Shown: positions 41,838 to 55,653, numbered from the stretch's first letter. The stretch: DNA of 64,000 nt from the human T2T-CHM13v2.0 reference genome, Homo sapiens (GCF_009914755.1 NC_060931.1), one strand, 5' to 3'. Program-made: numbers and translations. The notes: a model not told the origin generated them from the sequence alone.

Positions 41838-42370
41838 TGTGCTTTGTGTTTAGTAAAGAGATTATAGCTAAGGTAAAGGGTTCTTATAGGTGCATTTAAG
41901 GCCCCAAATCAGTTGCCTTTCAGTTAGTCAAAAGGAAGTTTATCGTGGGTGGGCTTGATTAATTAGGTGAAAGACTGAAAAACATACTTTCTTACTAACG
42001 TTGAAGACATACACTGCTGTGCTAGGAGAAGGCCATGTGGCTAGGACTGTGGGTGATTTCCAGGATCTTAGAGCAACCCCTGGTTGAAAGGCAGCATGAA
42101 ACGAGACCTCCATCCTATGACCAAGAGGAACTTCATTCTGCCAAGAATGGGTTTGAAAGAGGACCCCAAGCTCCCTGTGAGAGTGTTGACCATTAAATCA
42201 CCATGTGACCAAGACAACATGGTGATTTAAGCCAGGTGAGGCCCTGAGTAGAGAACCTAGCTATCCATGCCAGACTTTATACCTAGAAAAGCTGTGAGAT
42301 AATGAATGAGTATTGATTTAAGCTGCTAAGTGTGTGATAATTTGTTAAAGAACAACACAAATCAATGAAA
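41838..42370 (+). mobile_element. MLT1E-like MaLR LTR
   Basis: taaggccccaaatcagttg, gaggaacttcattctgccaa, ctgtgagataatgaatgagtattgatttaagctgctaagt. Confidence 0.8.
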
Positions 42371-42529
42371 CTCATGGAAATGTCATGCAACTATTCCAGG
42401 CTGGAAGAGAATAGATTTTCCAGATTTTTAAAAAATATGTGATTCTGAGTGGATGCTTTCCTTAAAATGATATTATTCGGAGAGCTAGTAAAACCTGAAT
42501 GGTCTGCGAAGAATAGATGGTGTATCAAT

Positions 42530-43135
42530 AACTGTTTCAACAGAAGATCAGGGAGACTAGGAAGGATTTAGATTTGGGGATTCACTATAGAGATTAGAAC
42601 ATTTGCACCTGTGGGAGGTGGTTACAGTATTTGTAAGGTCATCTGTCTCTGGTCTGGGGCTGGGCTGGAGGTTAGCTGGGCTGGCTGTTGGTCATGGAAG
42701 ATGGATATGAACAACTGAGAGTAAAGATGAACTGCAACAAAGGAGTTATGGCTGCAAGCACATCTCTCCCTCATCCCTTACAATCTCAAAAATGCAAGTG
42801 ACCTGAAGGATAAGGCTGTGGCTATTGACTATGAACTAGTAAATGCTCTAGCCCAGGGTTTAGAGAGGATGATGGGTGAAATCCCGTGAGAGATGAAGAA
42901 AACATGGGTTTGGTTGTTTACCAATGCCAAGAAGGTGAGCCAACAGATCAGTTACACGTGTAAGCTGCCGAAGCACCAGCCCTGAATTGATTCAGAGCAT
43001 AAAAATGGCTTTTTTTTTAAAAAATTCCAAATTGAAAATTTTGTGTAAATAGATCTAGTGGCCAATCTTAATTAGGAGCCACATAAATAAAAGAACTCTG
43101 GGAAAGTACAATCCCAGCACAAAGCTGCCATAGAT
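42530..43135 (-). mobile_element. LTR33-like ERVL LTR
   Basis: gtggccaatcttaattaggagccacat...aactctgggaaagtacaatcccagc near the right end. Confidence 0.5.
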
Positions 43136-43349
43136 CCCAACAGGGCAGGAAGGTTAACTTCCTGATCTAGAGAATTATACTCTGGTTAAGTAGAAGAACG
43201 TGCTCACATATAGGAAAGGCACCCTCAAGATTTCAGGGCTGTTGATACATCTTGTTGGCAACTTATTCTCAAATGGTTCAAAATAATAAAATTGTTGCTA
43301 TTATACTTTCAACTTATTAATGTTTTGATTCTAAAGAAAATTAATAATC

Positions 43350-46300
43350 TAAAAATGACTTTTGGAATTCTGGAATAAGGAACAAGAGAAATCTTGTTCC
43401 TAAAAATCAATAATACCAGAAAAAATTGTCAAATTAAATGCTGCAGGAGAGACTGGAGGAGGTCAGGTTATATCTCCATCCTTAGCTGAACATAAGACCC
43501 CTGCCCTCTGTCCCCACCAGCACATGAGAAGCACAAGAAGCCCTGGTAGAAAGTAGAAGATGAGGAAGGCCTGTACCAACCACTGTGTCAGGAAAGAGAA
43601 TCTCAATTCAGAGTTGCTATATTATTCCAAATATCCAGGTTTAAGTAATAAATATGAGATACATAACACAAAGAAAAGTTTGAGCCATCCCAGGAAAACA
43701 AAACAAAACTAAACAAAAAAAGTCAATATACATTTTTTTGTTTACCCCTGATGATTTGGAATTAAACTTCGCAAAGGATTCAAATCAATAATTATAAATT
43801 GTTTCAAAGTGCTAATAAATTTCAGGTTTGAAGAATTAAAGGAGCGTGTGGTGACAATTACTCATCAGAGAATGTTGATTAAGAGATAAAATAATTAAAA
43901 GGAACTAAATGGAAATTACGGAGTTGAAAAGTATAAAAAACACAAGAAAAATTTTACTCAACAGGTTTTATAGCAGATTTGAAATGACAAAAAAAGTGAA
44001 TACTTTTACACACAAAGCACAAATGAAGGAAGAGAAGATGGGCTGCAATGAAGACAAAAGTTTATGTTTTAGCAGAGTAATGTTATTTTTAATTTGAAGT
44101 AGATTTTGGTAAGTTAAAATATATACTGAAATTCAGAGATCAAATTCTAAGAATATAAAAATGTAGTAAAATGTCATACAAAGGAATTAAAATGATGCAC
44201 AAGAATATAGCTAAAATAAAAATTGAAGTACAAGTGGAACAGAGAAACAAAAAATGACATATATGAAAAATAGCAAAATAGCAGCAGACATAAATTCAAA
44301 CATTGCAAAAATTAGAACTGAAAAAAAGGTAATCACTACTGACCTTTCAGAAATTAAAAAGATCATAAGGTGATACTATGAACAATTATTTGCCAACAAG
44401 TTATACAACTTCGAAAAATTCCTAGGAAGCAGGAATTACCAAAAGTTCTTCAAGAAGAAAGAGAAAATCTGTATAGACTTGTACTAAATAAAATAATTAT
44501 TATTATCTTCCTACAAAAATCCTCATCCCTGATGGCCTCCCTGGGTGGATTCTATTAAGAGATTTAAAGAAGAAATTATATCTATCTTCCACAAACTCTT
44601 CTAGAAAATAGAGGAGAAGGGGACTATTTCCCTATTCAATCTGTAAAAACAGTGTTACTCTAAATCTATAGTAAAGATATTAGCAAAAATGAAAACTACC
44701 AATCATTACCCCACATTTATATAGACACACAAATATAGACACACAAATCCTCAAAAAATTATAAAACCAAATTCAACATATAGAAAAGCATTTTACAGCA
44801 TGATTAAGTGAATTTTATGCCAAGAATGCAAAGTTGTTTTAACATCAGGAAGTCAGTAAATTAACATCAAAACATACATGATCATTTCAATAGATGGTCT
44901 TTAAAAACCAACAAATTCCAACAGTTCAGGATGAAAACTCCCAACAACTAGGAGTAAAAGGAAACTTTAACAAACTGATTAAGGGTATCTACAGGAACCT
45001 AGAAATGCCTTCACCCTTAATGATAAAGGACTAAATGTTTTTCCCCTAAATCAGGAATAAGTAAAGAATGGTCTCTCTGGTAACTTCAAACAAACACTGT
45101 ACTCGAAATTCTAGCCAGTAGGATAAACCAAAGAACAAAAATAAGCACACTACAACAACAACGAACTAGGGATTCTGAAATAAAACTTACAAGAATTTAT
45201 AAGTAAGTGAAGCATATGTGCAGAATTCAAGAGCAATATAAAAACCTATTGTATTTTTATATATTAGTAATGCATTGTCAAAATGAAGTTAAGATCACAA
45301 TTCATTTTATAATAATATCAAGAAGATAAAAAAGAAGTAAATTTAACAAAAGAAGTATAGAACATATATAATGAAAACTGTAAAACATAGCAAAACGTAA
45401 AGACCTAAATAATTGGAGATACATTCAAAGCTCATAGATTGGAAGACTATTTTTTAAATGGCAAATCTTCACTTAGTGATATGTAGACTCAATACAACCC
45501 CTATCAAATCCTAGCAGGGTGTGTGTGTGTGTGTGTAAGTGTGTATCGCCCCAGAAATTGACAAGCTAACCCCACATTTTAAATGGAAAAGCAAAAGAGA
45601 CGGAATAACCAAATAATCTGAAAAGGAAGAAATGCATTCCTGGGTCCAAAATTTGAACAAATATACTAATAAAGATACTTCAGTATTATGACAAATAGAG
45701 ACCTGAAAAACAAAGAAATAGATTTGAGATTACAATTAAAGTCAGCTGAGGTTCAACAAATGTGCCAAGGAAATTTAATGAATAAAGTAGAATCTTTTCA
45801 GCATTTCATACTAGAATTATCTATCTCTGTGCAAAAAGATGCATTTAGACACCTTACCTTACATTATACTCAAAAATTAATTCATCATAAATCATACTAA
45901 ATGTTAATAATAAAAGTAAAAATATATATTACATATATGTTCATATATATGAACACATAGAAAAATACCCACAAACTGAACACTGTATAAGTATTAAAAC
46001 ATCACTATATACCTAATAAATTTGTACAATTATGATATGTCAATTTTTACAAACTTAAAAACATTAGAAAAGTTTTCAACAGAACTACCAATTATTCATG
46101 AAAAAAATGAATATTGAGAATCACATCAAGATTAAAAACTTTGTGCTTCAAAAGACAGCATTATGAAATGGGAAAAATAAGTATTCATAGAAAAGATGTG
46201 CAAATTATATTTTTGGTGGAGGTTTTGTATTGAGATTATATAAGTAATCTTAAACTCAATTATAAGAAGCCAAATAACATTTAAAATTGTGAAACATGCA
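43350..46300 (+). mobile_element. Long decayed L1M (5' region, ORF1 and ORF2 remnants)
   Basis: A-rich sense strand; MEITELKS ORF1-like stretch; ORF2 motifs gatcataaggtgatactatgaacaatt, tctatcttccacaaactcttctagaaaatag, ctcatagattggaagact. Confidence 0.8.
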
Positions 46301-46309
46301 TAGAAATGA

Positions 46310-48350
46310 ATAAAAGTAGAAATGAAACATTTGTGGGATCCAGATCAAGAAAATCGAGGAGAGGGGAATTTGTATAATAAATGCTGGTGCTAAGAGAGTG
46401 GGAAAGTCTGATATCAGTTATGGAAATTTCCTCCTCAAGAATCTAGAAAAAAAAAAAAGGGAAAGAAACCCAAAGCAAGCAGAATGAAAGAAATGATAAA
46501 AGCAGAATTCACTGAAATTGAAAACATCGGATAAGAGTAAAACAAATATGTGGTTCTTTGAAACAGTAAATAGGATGAATAAATATCAACCAATATTGAC
46601 AAAGGTTAAAAGAGAAAAGACACAATTTATTGATATTAAGAATGAAAGAGGGAATATTACTACAGATTTCCTAGTCATTAAAAATATAATAGTGAAATAC
46701 TATGAACATTGTAAACAACTCTACAACACATATTTGAAAACTTAGATGAATTGGGCCAATTCCCCCCCCAAAAAAGAATATAACAAATTTCACTCACTAT
46801 GAAGCAGACAATCTGAATAATTATATACCTATTGAGGAAACATAAGTGTATGTAACTGTTAAAAGAGAATTAGTACCAATTCTACAGTCTCTTCTAGAAT
46901 ACATAAGTGGAAAGAATAATTTCAAACTCACTTTATGAAACTAATAAGTATCCTGCTACTCACAACCAGAAAATACTTTTGTGCGCACACACACACACCG
47001 AAAAAAAATTACAACCAATATATTTCAAAAACTTAGACATAATTTATGAATAAAGAGAATTCACTAATTCATAAAAGAATTATACCCTGAAATCGATTTG
47101 ATTGTATCCCGTGTTTATAAGCCAGGTCCAGTATTTGGAATCAATCAATATAATCCTCTATGCCAAAAACTAAAGAAAACAAACCACATGATTAGTCATA
47201 CCAATGGATGCAGAAAAAGCATCAATTCAACACTAATTCATGATAAAAACTGTCAGCAATCTCAAAATAGAGGTCAATTTCCTCAACTTGATAAAGAACA
47301 TCTGCAAAAACAGCCAATATAACATTCAGTGGTGAATGCTGAATGTCTGTTCCTACCGCTCTTATTCAACATAATACTGAAACCAAGGCAATAGGGCAAG
47401 AAAAGCAAATAAATTGTGTACACATTAAAAAGGAAGTCATAAAACCATCCTCATTAACAGATGGCATGTTTATGTATCTAGAAGAGCCCAAGAAATCTAT
47501 TTTAAAAAATAAAGAAAATTTATGTTCACACAAAAACCTGTCCGCATATATTCATAGTAGCTTGTACCAAAATAGTCCCAAACTGGACACAACCCAAATA
47601 TCCTTCAAGAAGCAAGGAGATTTTTAAAAATATGGTACATGTGTATGGTGGAATACTGCACAGAAATGAAATGAAACAAACTATTAATCCATACAGCAAC
47701 TTAGATGGGTATTATGCTTAATGTTAGAAAGCCAGTCTCAAAAAGTTACATTCAATATACTCAATTCATATAATATTTTTTAAATGACAAAATGATAGAG
47801 ACAGAGAATGCAATTCTCAATAGAATACTATTGCTTGCTAAGGTACACAGACAGGAGTGAAAGCAACCGTAAGGGAGTCAATGAGAGAATTCCACTCATG
47901 CATTGTGATGGACAGTACCAGGAGCTGGTTTTTGTCATGTTTCCACAAATCTATGCATGTAATCACAAGCAGATATTTAGAAATGTTTGCATGTTAAATG
48001 TGGTACAAGATGAATAAAGTGTGTAATCTTGTTAACACTCCTGTACCAATATCAATTCTCTGATTTTGATACTTTACCACCGTTATGTAAGATGTTTCCA
48101 TTTGGGGGAAGTTAGACGAGGTTTCACAGGACAGTATATTTTTGCAATATCCAGTAAATTTATTGTGGTTATGCAGGAGAACATCTTTATTCTTAGACTG
48201 TATATCCTAAACTATGCAGAAATAAAGTGTCATATGAGAAAGAAGAAAAGAGAAAAAAAGTGGTTAGTGAATGTAGTTGAAGGATAAATACATGTTCATT
48301 ATAGCAACTTTGGTGACTTCTCAGTATGTAAACTTACAGAAATTAAATTA
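46310..48350 (+). mobile_element. Second decayed L1M (ORF2 remnant plus 3' UTR)
   Basis: WFFETVNRMNK...IKNERGNITTD ORF2 peptide in ORF 46518-46745, then tatgttcacacaaaaacctgt, gaaagccagtctcaaaaagttaca. Confidence 0.8.
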
Positions 48351-48584
48351 AAAATCTAGGAAAGTAAATATTTGGGGCAAAAGTGACAATCAATGCTTAA
48401 TGTTAAGCCAATCTCATGGTTTTAAATGGTTTAAAACCTATATGGTTTTAAAAAGATATGTTTATCACATTATTCCCCTATTAAACCTTATCATTTGGCA
48501 TTAAAATTTTAAAAAATCTTGTATAAAAGTCCTTTCCATAAATATAGCCACAGCCAGTTTCCCTAGACCAAAAATTGATAAGCT

Positions 48585-48858
48585 ATTGCTCCATGTAATA
48601 AAACGGCCAACCTGAACAACCTGAACGGCTCACAAAGCCTAAAATATTTCCTATGCTTTATCTATAAAAAGTTACCTAGTAAATATTTTCTACATTGTGG
48701 GCCATATGGTCAGTGTTACAACCGCTCAAATCCACCATTGTAGTGAGAAAGCAGCCATACACTAAACATAAACAAATAGGTGTGGCTGTGTGACAACAAT
48801 ACGTTATGTATAAAAACCAGTAACCCAGTAACGAGCCCACCAGCTATGGTTTCCAGGT
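48585..48858 (+). mobile_element. MER58-type hAT-Charlie MITE fragments
   Basis: cacaaagcctaaaatattt; tagtaaatattttc...tgtgggccatatggtc...ccattgtagtgagaaagcagccata...gtgtggctgtgt. Confidence 0.75.
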
Positions 48859-50167
48859 GTACCCTAAGTGTGGCTTCCTTTTCATCTTTTCCTGACCCAC
48901 TATCCAGACTAAGTAAGGCACCAAAACACACTTAGAATACATCTCTCAAATGCTAGAACGTAACACCAAATTTCAGATTTCCTCAGCTTTCTTCTCCTTT
49001 TGCTGTCGAATTCCGTGAGAAAAAAAGCTGACTTCTTATTTACCACTCTATTGTCAGTACCTAGACTCAATTTGAACTACAGGAGGCATTAAAATCTGAA
49101 ATAATGGTTAAAATAATCAATAATCAACCTAATAATATACCTTATTAAGCTGGACATTAAAGTTAATGACTAAAATCTTGTTTTTCAAGTGAAAAAATAA
49201 GCCCTGAACTTTGGTGTAATGAGGGTAGTGATATAATGTTTAAAGAACTCAACCTTTTGTTACTTACTATTACTTAGTATGCAGACTTCCTGAAGATTAG
49301 AGATAATCTATTTAGTTAAATCTATTTAACGCAGTAACGGGAATAGCATCACAACAGATGCTTCATCCTCTTCAAAACTTGCACTTTTGTTATGTAATGA
49401 TAAGTTTAAATGGATTGTATGCATAGTTTTATATAAGAAAAACAAGAAGAAAAAAGAGCAGATGCTAGAAACATTTATTGTAATTAGTTTTATGAGTTGA
49501 TGTTGCTAGGAATTTTTTACAGCTTTCAGTGGTCTGCCAGACTGAAGGACAATAAATGTTTAAAATAGGTACTTTATTTGGGATACTTATGAAATATCTA
49601 TCCTTAAAGATATAAAATATAAAGATTCCCAAGTGGTTCACCATTTTTAATATGATGTTTCATTGGACATATTTTTAAAATGTACTTGCAAGATAAATTG
49701 TAGACATTTTAAAACTAAAGCTAATTTTGTTTTATTCCCTTTTATGATGTCCCTTTTGTGTTTTTATTATATTCAGAAGTAATAAAATAGTGATTTGATT
49801 TAATGTCAATTACTAAAATAATATACTAGAACTCTAAATAGACTGAGACATATCAGAGGGAGTTGCTAAGATTTAGCTTGGGAAAGATGACCTAAATTGT
49901 TCATAACATCTATTAATTTATACTCCTTCATGCTACATGAGTTGTGGAAACAAGAATAAGTTGAAAAAATAAGAATTATTTCTTATGATCTAAATGGGAG
50001 TGTTTAGCTGCCTTTTTGCCTATCATCCAATTCCTCAAGTCAACAGCCAGAGATCATTAACACAGGTACAATGTATATGTTTCTACAGCTTGGCTTTACT
50101 TAATTTTTACTTTCAGGATTTCTTTTTCCATTTGTAAATGAAAATTTACATTGTTTCAAATCTAAAT

Positions 50168-50901
<734 letters not shown>

Positions 50902-51002
50902 TTACACAGTCTCTTTTGCTAACTGACATCTTTCAAGCCTATCATTAAAAAAACAAATCAACTCTGCTGCTCATTTCAGTTTTTGGAACTATGTATTTTG
51001 AA

Positions 51003-51250
51003 GACAGCATGATATGGTTTAGTTGAATGAAAATGGATTTTATCTGGAAGAACTGAATTCAAACTCATGGTTCATCATTCACAAAACAGAAGGCCATGAG
51101 CGAGGTGCTAAATAGATATGAGCCTGGGGTCTAGAGCCTGCAACACAGGAAATGTTTCCCTACCTCCTTTGTAGGGTTATTGCAAAGCTTAAATGAGAAA
51201 ATTATATCAAAGAGCTTTGTAAATGGTAATACAATAAGAACATATTCTTT
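51003..51250 (+). mobile_element. MIR
   Basis: agacagcatgatatggttt...ctgaattcaaactc...agggttattgcaaagcttaaatgaga...aaagagctttgtaaa. Confidence 0.65.
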
Positions 51251-51435
51251 TTGGATTAATGAATGTAGTAGAGATCCAGGTTTCACTGGAGATGTTTTCT
51301 CCCTGAATTTAGGCCTGCCTGAACCTCACAGGACAGTGGTGAATCCAAGTAAGTGGGAGGCTGACTGGGCATATCCTTTCCATGAAAACTTTTGGCCCAA
51401 ACTTTTCCAAAGGGAAGAAAATGCTAAAGGCATAC

Positions 51436-52582
51436 TACCAGGGGAACTCGCCCCCAGTATTTCAACATAGGTTCTTTCTATTTTCCCTATTTTTCAGCTG
51501 GTCTGAGATATAAAGAGAAAGAGTACAGAGAGGGGAATTTTACAACTGGGTCACTGGGGGTGACATCAGATACTGGTAGGTCTGTGATGCCCACCTGAGC
51601 TGCAAAACCAGCAAGTTTTTATTATGGATTTCAAAAAGGGAGGGGATGTATGAACAGGGAGTAGGTCACAAAGATCACATGCTTCAAAGGGCAAAAAGGA
51701 GAACAAAGATCACATGCTTCTGAGGAAACAGGGTAAGGACAAAAGCAAAGATCATAAGGCAAAAGGCGAAATTACAATTACTGTTGAGGATCTATGTTCA
51801 GCTGTGCATGTATTGTCTTGATAAACATCTTAAACAACAGAAAACAGGGTTCAAGAGCAGAGAACTGGTCTGACCACAAATTTACCTAGGCAGGATTTTT
51901 TCCCCACTCTAATAAGCCAGAGGGTACTGCAGGAGACCAAGGCCTATTTCAGTCCTTAACTCAACTGCATAAGACAGACAATCCCAGAGCTGCAGTTTAT
52001 AGACCTCTCCCCAGGAATGCATTCCTTCCCCAGGGTATTAATTATTAATATTCCTTGCTGGGAAAATAATTTAGCAATATATTCCCTACTTGCATGTCCA
52101 TTTATAGACTCTCTGCAAGAAGAAAAATATGGCTCTATTCTGCCCGACCCTGCAGGCAGTCAGACCTTGTGGTTGTCTTCTCTTGTTCCCTAAAATCACT
52201 GTTATTCTGTTTGTTTTCAAGGTGCACTGATTTCATATTGTTCAAACACACATGTTCTACAATCAATTCGTACAGTTAACACAATAGTGGTCCTGAGGTG
52301 AGGTACATCCTCAGCTTAGGAAGATAACAGGATTAAGAGATTAAATAAAGTAAGACAGGCATAAGAAATTATAAAAGTATTAATTTTGGGAACTGATAAA
52401 TGTCCATATTAAATGAAATCTTCACAATTTGCGTTCAGAGATTGCAGTAAAGACAGGCGTAAGAAATTACAAAAATATTAATTTGGGGAACTGACATATG
52501 TTCATGAAATCTTCACAATTTATGTTCCTCCGCCGTGGCTCTAGCCGGTCCCTCCGTTCGGGGTCCCTGACTTCCCACAACA
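51436..52582 (-). mobile_element. MER11 (MER11A-like) solo LTR of HERV-K11/HML-8
   Basis: Minus strand begins tgttgtgggaagtcagggaccccgaacggagggaccggct. It has the internal ~75-bp repeat typical of MER11 (52353-52521) and a 6-bp TSD gcatac at 51430-51435 and 52583-52588. Confidence 0.95.
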
Positions 52583-52671
52583 GCATACATAAATATTAGA
52601 GGAAAACAAAACAAATAACAACAATAACAATAACAAACAGGGGCCAAGGGATGGTTCAAAACACACAGTTC

Positions 52672-52677
52672 TTTATT
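52672..52677 (-). terminator. Candidate poly(A) signal AATAAA with downstream GT/T-rich element
   Basis: tttatt on + strand, ~50 nt past the stop at 52730. The minus strand then reads gaactgtgtgttttgaacca...tgtttgttattgttattgttgttatttgttttg. Confidence 0.55.
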
Positions 52678-52729
52678 TGTATCCTCCAAATAGATAGATT
52701 GGCATCGGCACCCGCCAAGTTTTTGACGT

Positions 52730-53167
52730 CTAAGGGTGAGGGAGGCGGCCAATGAAAGTCAATAAAAACAGATTATTCAGAGCATTTCCCTGAACTGGCG
52801 TAGTAGGTTGGGAAGAAATGCTTTTGCAAGCATTCACATCAACAACTTTGAGGATGACAGGAGGAGACATCATGGGGCTGGACTTCAGTTGTACCTCAGC
52901 CCAGGTAGGCGTGCATCGGCTGACTAACCTGTGCAGCCAGGTGTGCAGGTGCCCAATCACCATGAGCCAGAGGCGGAGTCAGAATCCACCCTCATCGTTG
53001 TCGGTCAGGATGTTGCAGGAGGGAGGCCAGGAAAGACCTGGGGGCTCCTGGTGTCCCATATATCTCCTGGGAAGAATACTTTGGAGGGGCAGGTGACTTA
53101 AGGCAGACGGGGGCATTGTCGACCCCCTACGGAGGGAATCCCGAACAAACGCGCCTTGCCTTTTCAT
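52730..53167 (-). pseudogene. Putative intronless gene or pseudogene: 145-codon frame with one internal TGA, weak POM121-like motifs
   Basis: Track ORFs 52979-53167 and 52730-52963 are in the same frame (offset 204 nt), separated only by TGA (52979-52981) and LRLWL. The frame lies in a CpG-rich island and is followed by AATAAA. Confidence 0.45.
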
Positions 53168-53580
53168 GGGCGAGGGAACCAGGAGGGAGAGGCAAGGAGC
53201 TAGGGGTGCAAAGAACTGAGCCAGAGCGGAGCGATGAGCCTTCGCCAGCCCCGGGAGGGCGCCTCCAAATGCAGGTGCCTGGGCTGGGAATGCGGAGACT
53301 CAGCACAGAAGGTCGGCTGGAGGCCTGGGCTGCAGGTGCCTGGGTTGGGAAAGCGGAGACTCAGCACAGAGGCCTGGGCTGCATGCCCCTCATCCGCTAA
53401 CGTGCACGCCTGTGGGCTGGGTGTCAGCTTGCCCCATGAAAACTGCCTGGCAGCCTTGTCGCTGCCCATGTGCGCACATGACGCCTCCCTGGGCCCTTGG
53501 AATGATCGAGCTCATGTAAAGCTTGAATCGCATATTTGACATCATGCTCAAGACCGTGGGGCTGGGCGGCCAGTGTGGAT
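52880..53580. promoter_or_regulatory. Isolated GC/CpG-rich island, not assignable to a repeat I recognise
   Basis: Many retained CpGs; a duplicated ~50-60 bp block (53270-53383); perfect palindrome catgtgcgcacatg (53467-53480). Confidence 0.6.
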
Positions 53581-53589
53581 GTACTTACC

Positions 53590-53705
53590 TGCTCTGCCAG
53601 TTAGGATCTGGGTAAGCTCTGGGGACTTGGTCAACCTCTCTAAGCTTCATTCTCTGCATTCTAAAAGTAGGGATGCCAGCTGCTCATAAGCGTTAAAATA
53701 ACACT
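53590..53705 (+). mobile_element. MIR fragment
   Basis: ctctgccagttag...caacctctctaagcttcattctctgcattctaaaagtagggat. Confidence 0.55.
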
Positions 53706-55016
53706 TCATGAGCTCAGGAGTGAAGAGCAAATCAAGATAGTTTCAGACAAAAGCGAACGAAGACAATTTGATTCCAGCGGACCTACCCTGAATAGCTCTT
53801 CATGTAAAGTGTGCACCCCGTGTCTGGGTGTCATAAAGTCTCCGTACATTTCACACATGAGATTGTGACCCCATGTTCTCCCCCAGATATGCAATCTCAG
53901 AAAAAATGTATCTTTCACAATTATATATATTTTCTTGATTTCTTTCAAAAAGCCTGTGCTTAAAATATTTGATCCTCTGGTGCATGTTCCTAAGACTAAT
54001 TTGTGGCAAAAAAAATAAAGCCTTCTCCGTTATCAAATTCTTCAATTTTCAATAAATCGAAAGTTTAAAATAGATAGTCTCCATTTTTCCTGCCAAAGCA
54101 TATTCTATGATTACATTAAATTACACTGCATTTTAAAGAGATTTTCCATTTCTTTTTTGAATATTTAATCACTCACATCTCATAACAACCAGGTGACAAC
54201 CATTTATTTAGCACGTTTTTATACATATTTACAGCCATTAAGGTGGAAGGAGTAAGAGCTGGAAAAAAATGGAAAAGAGAAATAATGAAGTAAAGCTGCA
54301 TTTTTATGCTTGCACTCAACCTGGGAGACCAAGATTTCATTAGACAATGAGGGCATGTAGTTACCGATGCTACGGCAGATTTTGTGAAAATAGAAGTATG
54401 TAATTGGAAAGATTAAAGAGCATTCGTTTTAAGACTGTGAGAGAATGAAGATCAGAGTGGAGAAGAGCCAATCATTTAATAAATGTAACTGTACATTCTC
54501 CATGTACTTTTCACTTATCTAGGTTAATTGGAAAATAGAAGAACCCTATAATGCAGGAAAGAATGAAGATAATGCCATATAAAGCTTGAAACCAGTTGCA
54601 TCAGTATGTGAAAGAGGTAGACAACATAGAAGTAGTCAGGGACATGTGGAGAGTGTGGACACAATTTGGAGAGGTTTTTGTTTTGTTTTGATTTTGTTTT
54701 CCTTTTTGTTTACAGTGGGTGTGGCTCAAAGTGCAGAGGATAAAGGAAAATCTGAGATGAAAATGATCTCTGCTATCTTCCTCAATTTGTTTATAAAATC
54801 ACGATCATAATAATTTGTAACTTAAATATTATTGTGATAATTTAATGATCAAGCCAATATAAAATGCCAATCATAAACAGCAGGCAATCAGTTAAAATCA
54901 CCTTTACTTTCTTGGCTCTTAAACATTTTTTCCAACTTTACTGAGGCTCACCAACAAAAATTGTGTGTGTGTGTGCGTGTGTGTGTATATATATGATATA
55001 CAATGTGATGTTTTGA

Positions 55017-55241
<225 letters not shown>

Positions 55242-55653
55242 TGATATAGATTTTTGACTGAATCATAGATAACTTTTTTAGAAAGAGTTTCTCAAACTTT
55301 TATTCCTTTATTTTTCTCACTCACTTTTCTTTCTATTATGTATGTTGATCTCTAATAAATAGGCAGGTTTGTCCTGTATATTAACTCTACAGAATTGATA
55401 CCTGTAACTGTTACACATACTCAATTGTAGTGGAAAGTCCTTTAATCTCGTACAATACACATTCGGGTTGTAATAAAAATCTGAGCAGGAAATCTTCCAA
55501 GCCGTTAGTTAAAGGGAGATGTGTCAGAACCCTGCCTAAGATTACTTTTTTCTTTTGCTAGTTTCTTTCTTTCTTTCTTTCTTCTTGTTGTTTTGTTTAT
55601 AGTTTGTAGCAAAACCTAATGGTGGAAATTTTGATTTTGAAGTCACAGCTTGT

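Noticed and set aside
52353-52521. ~75-bp direct repeat
   Set aside because: Intrinsic feature of the MER11 LTR.
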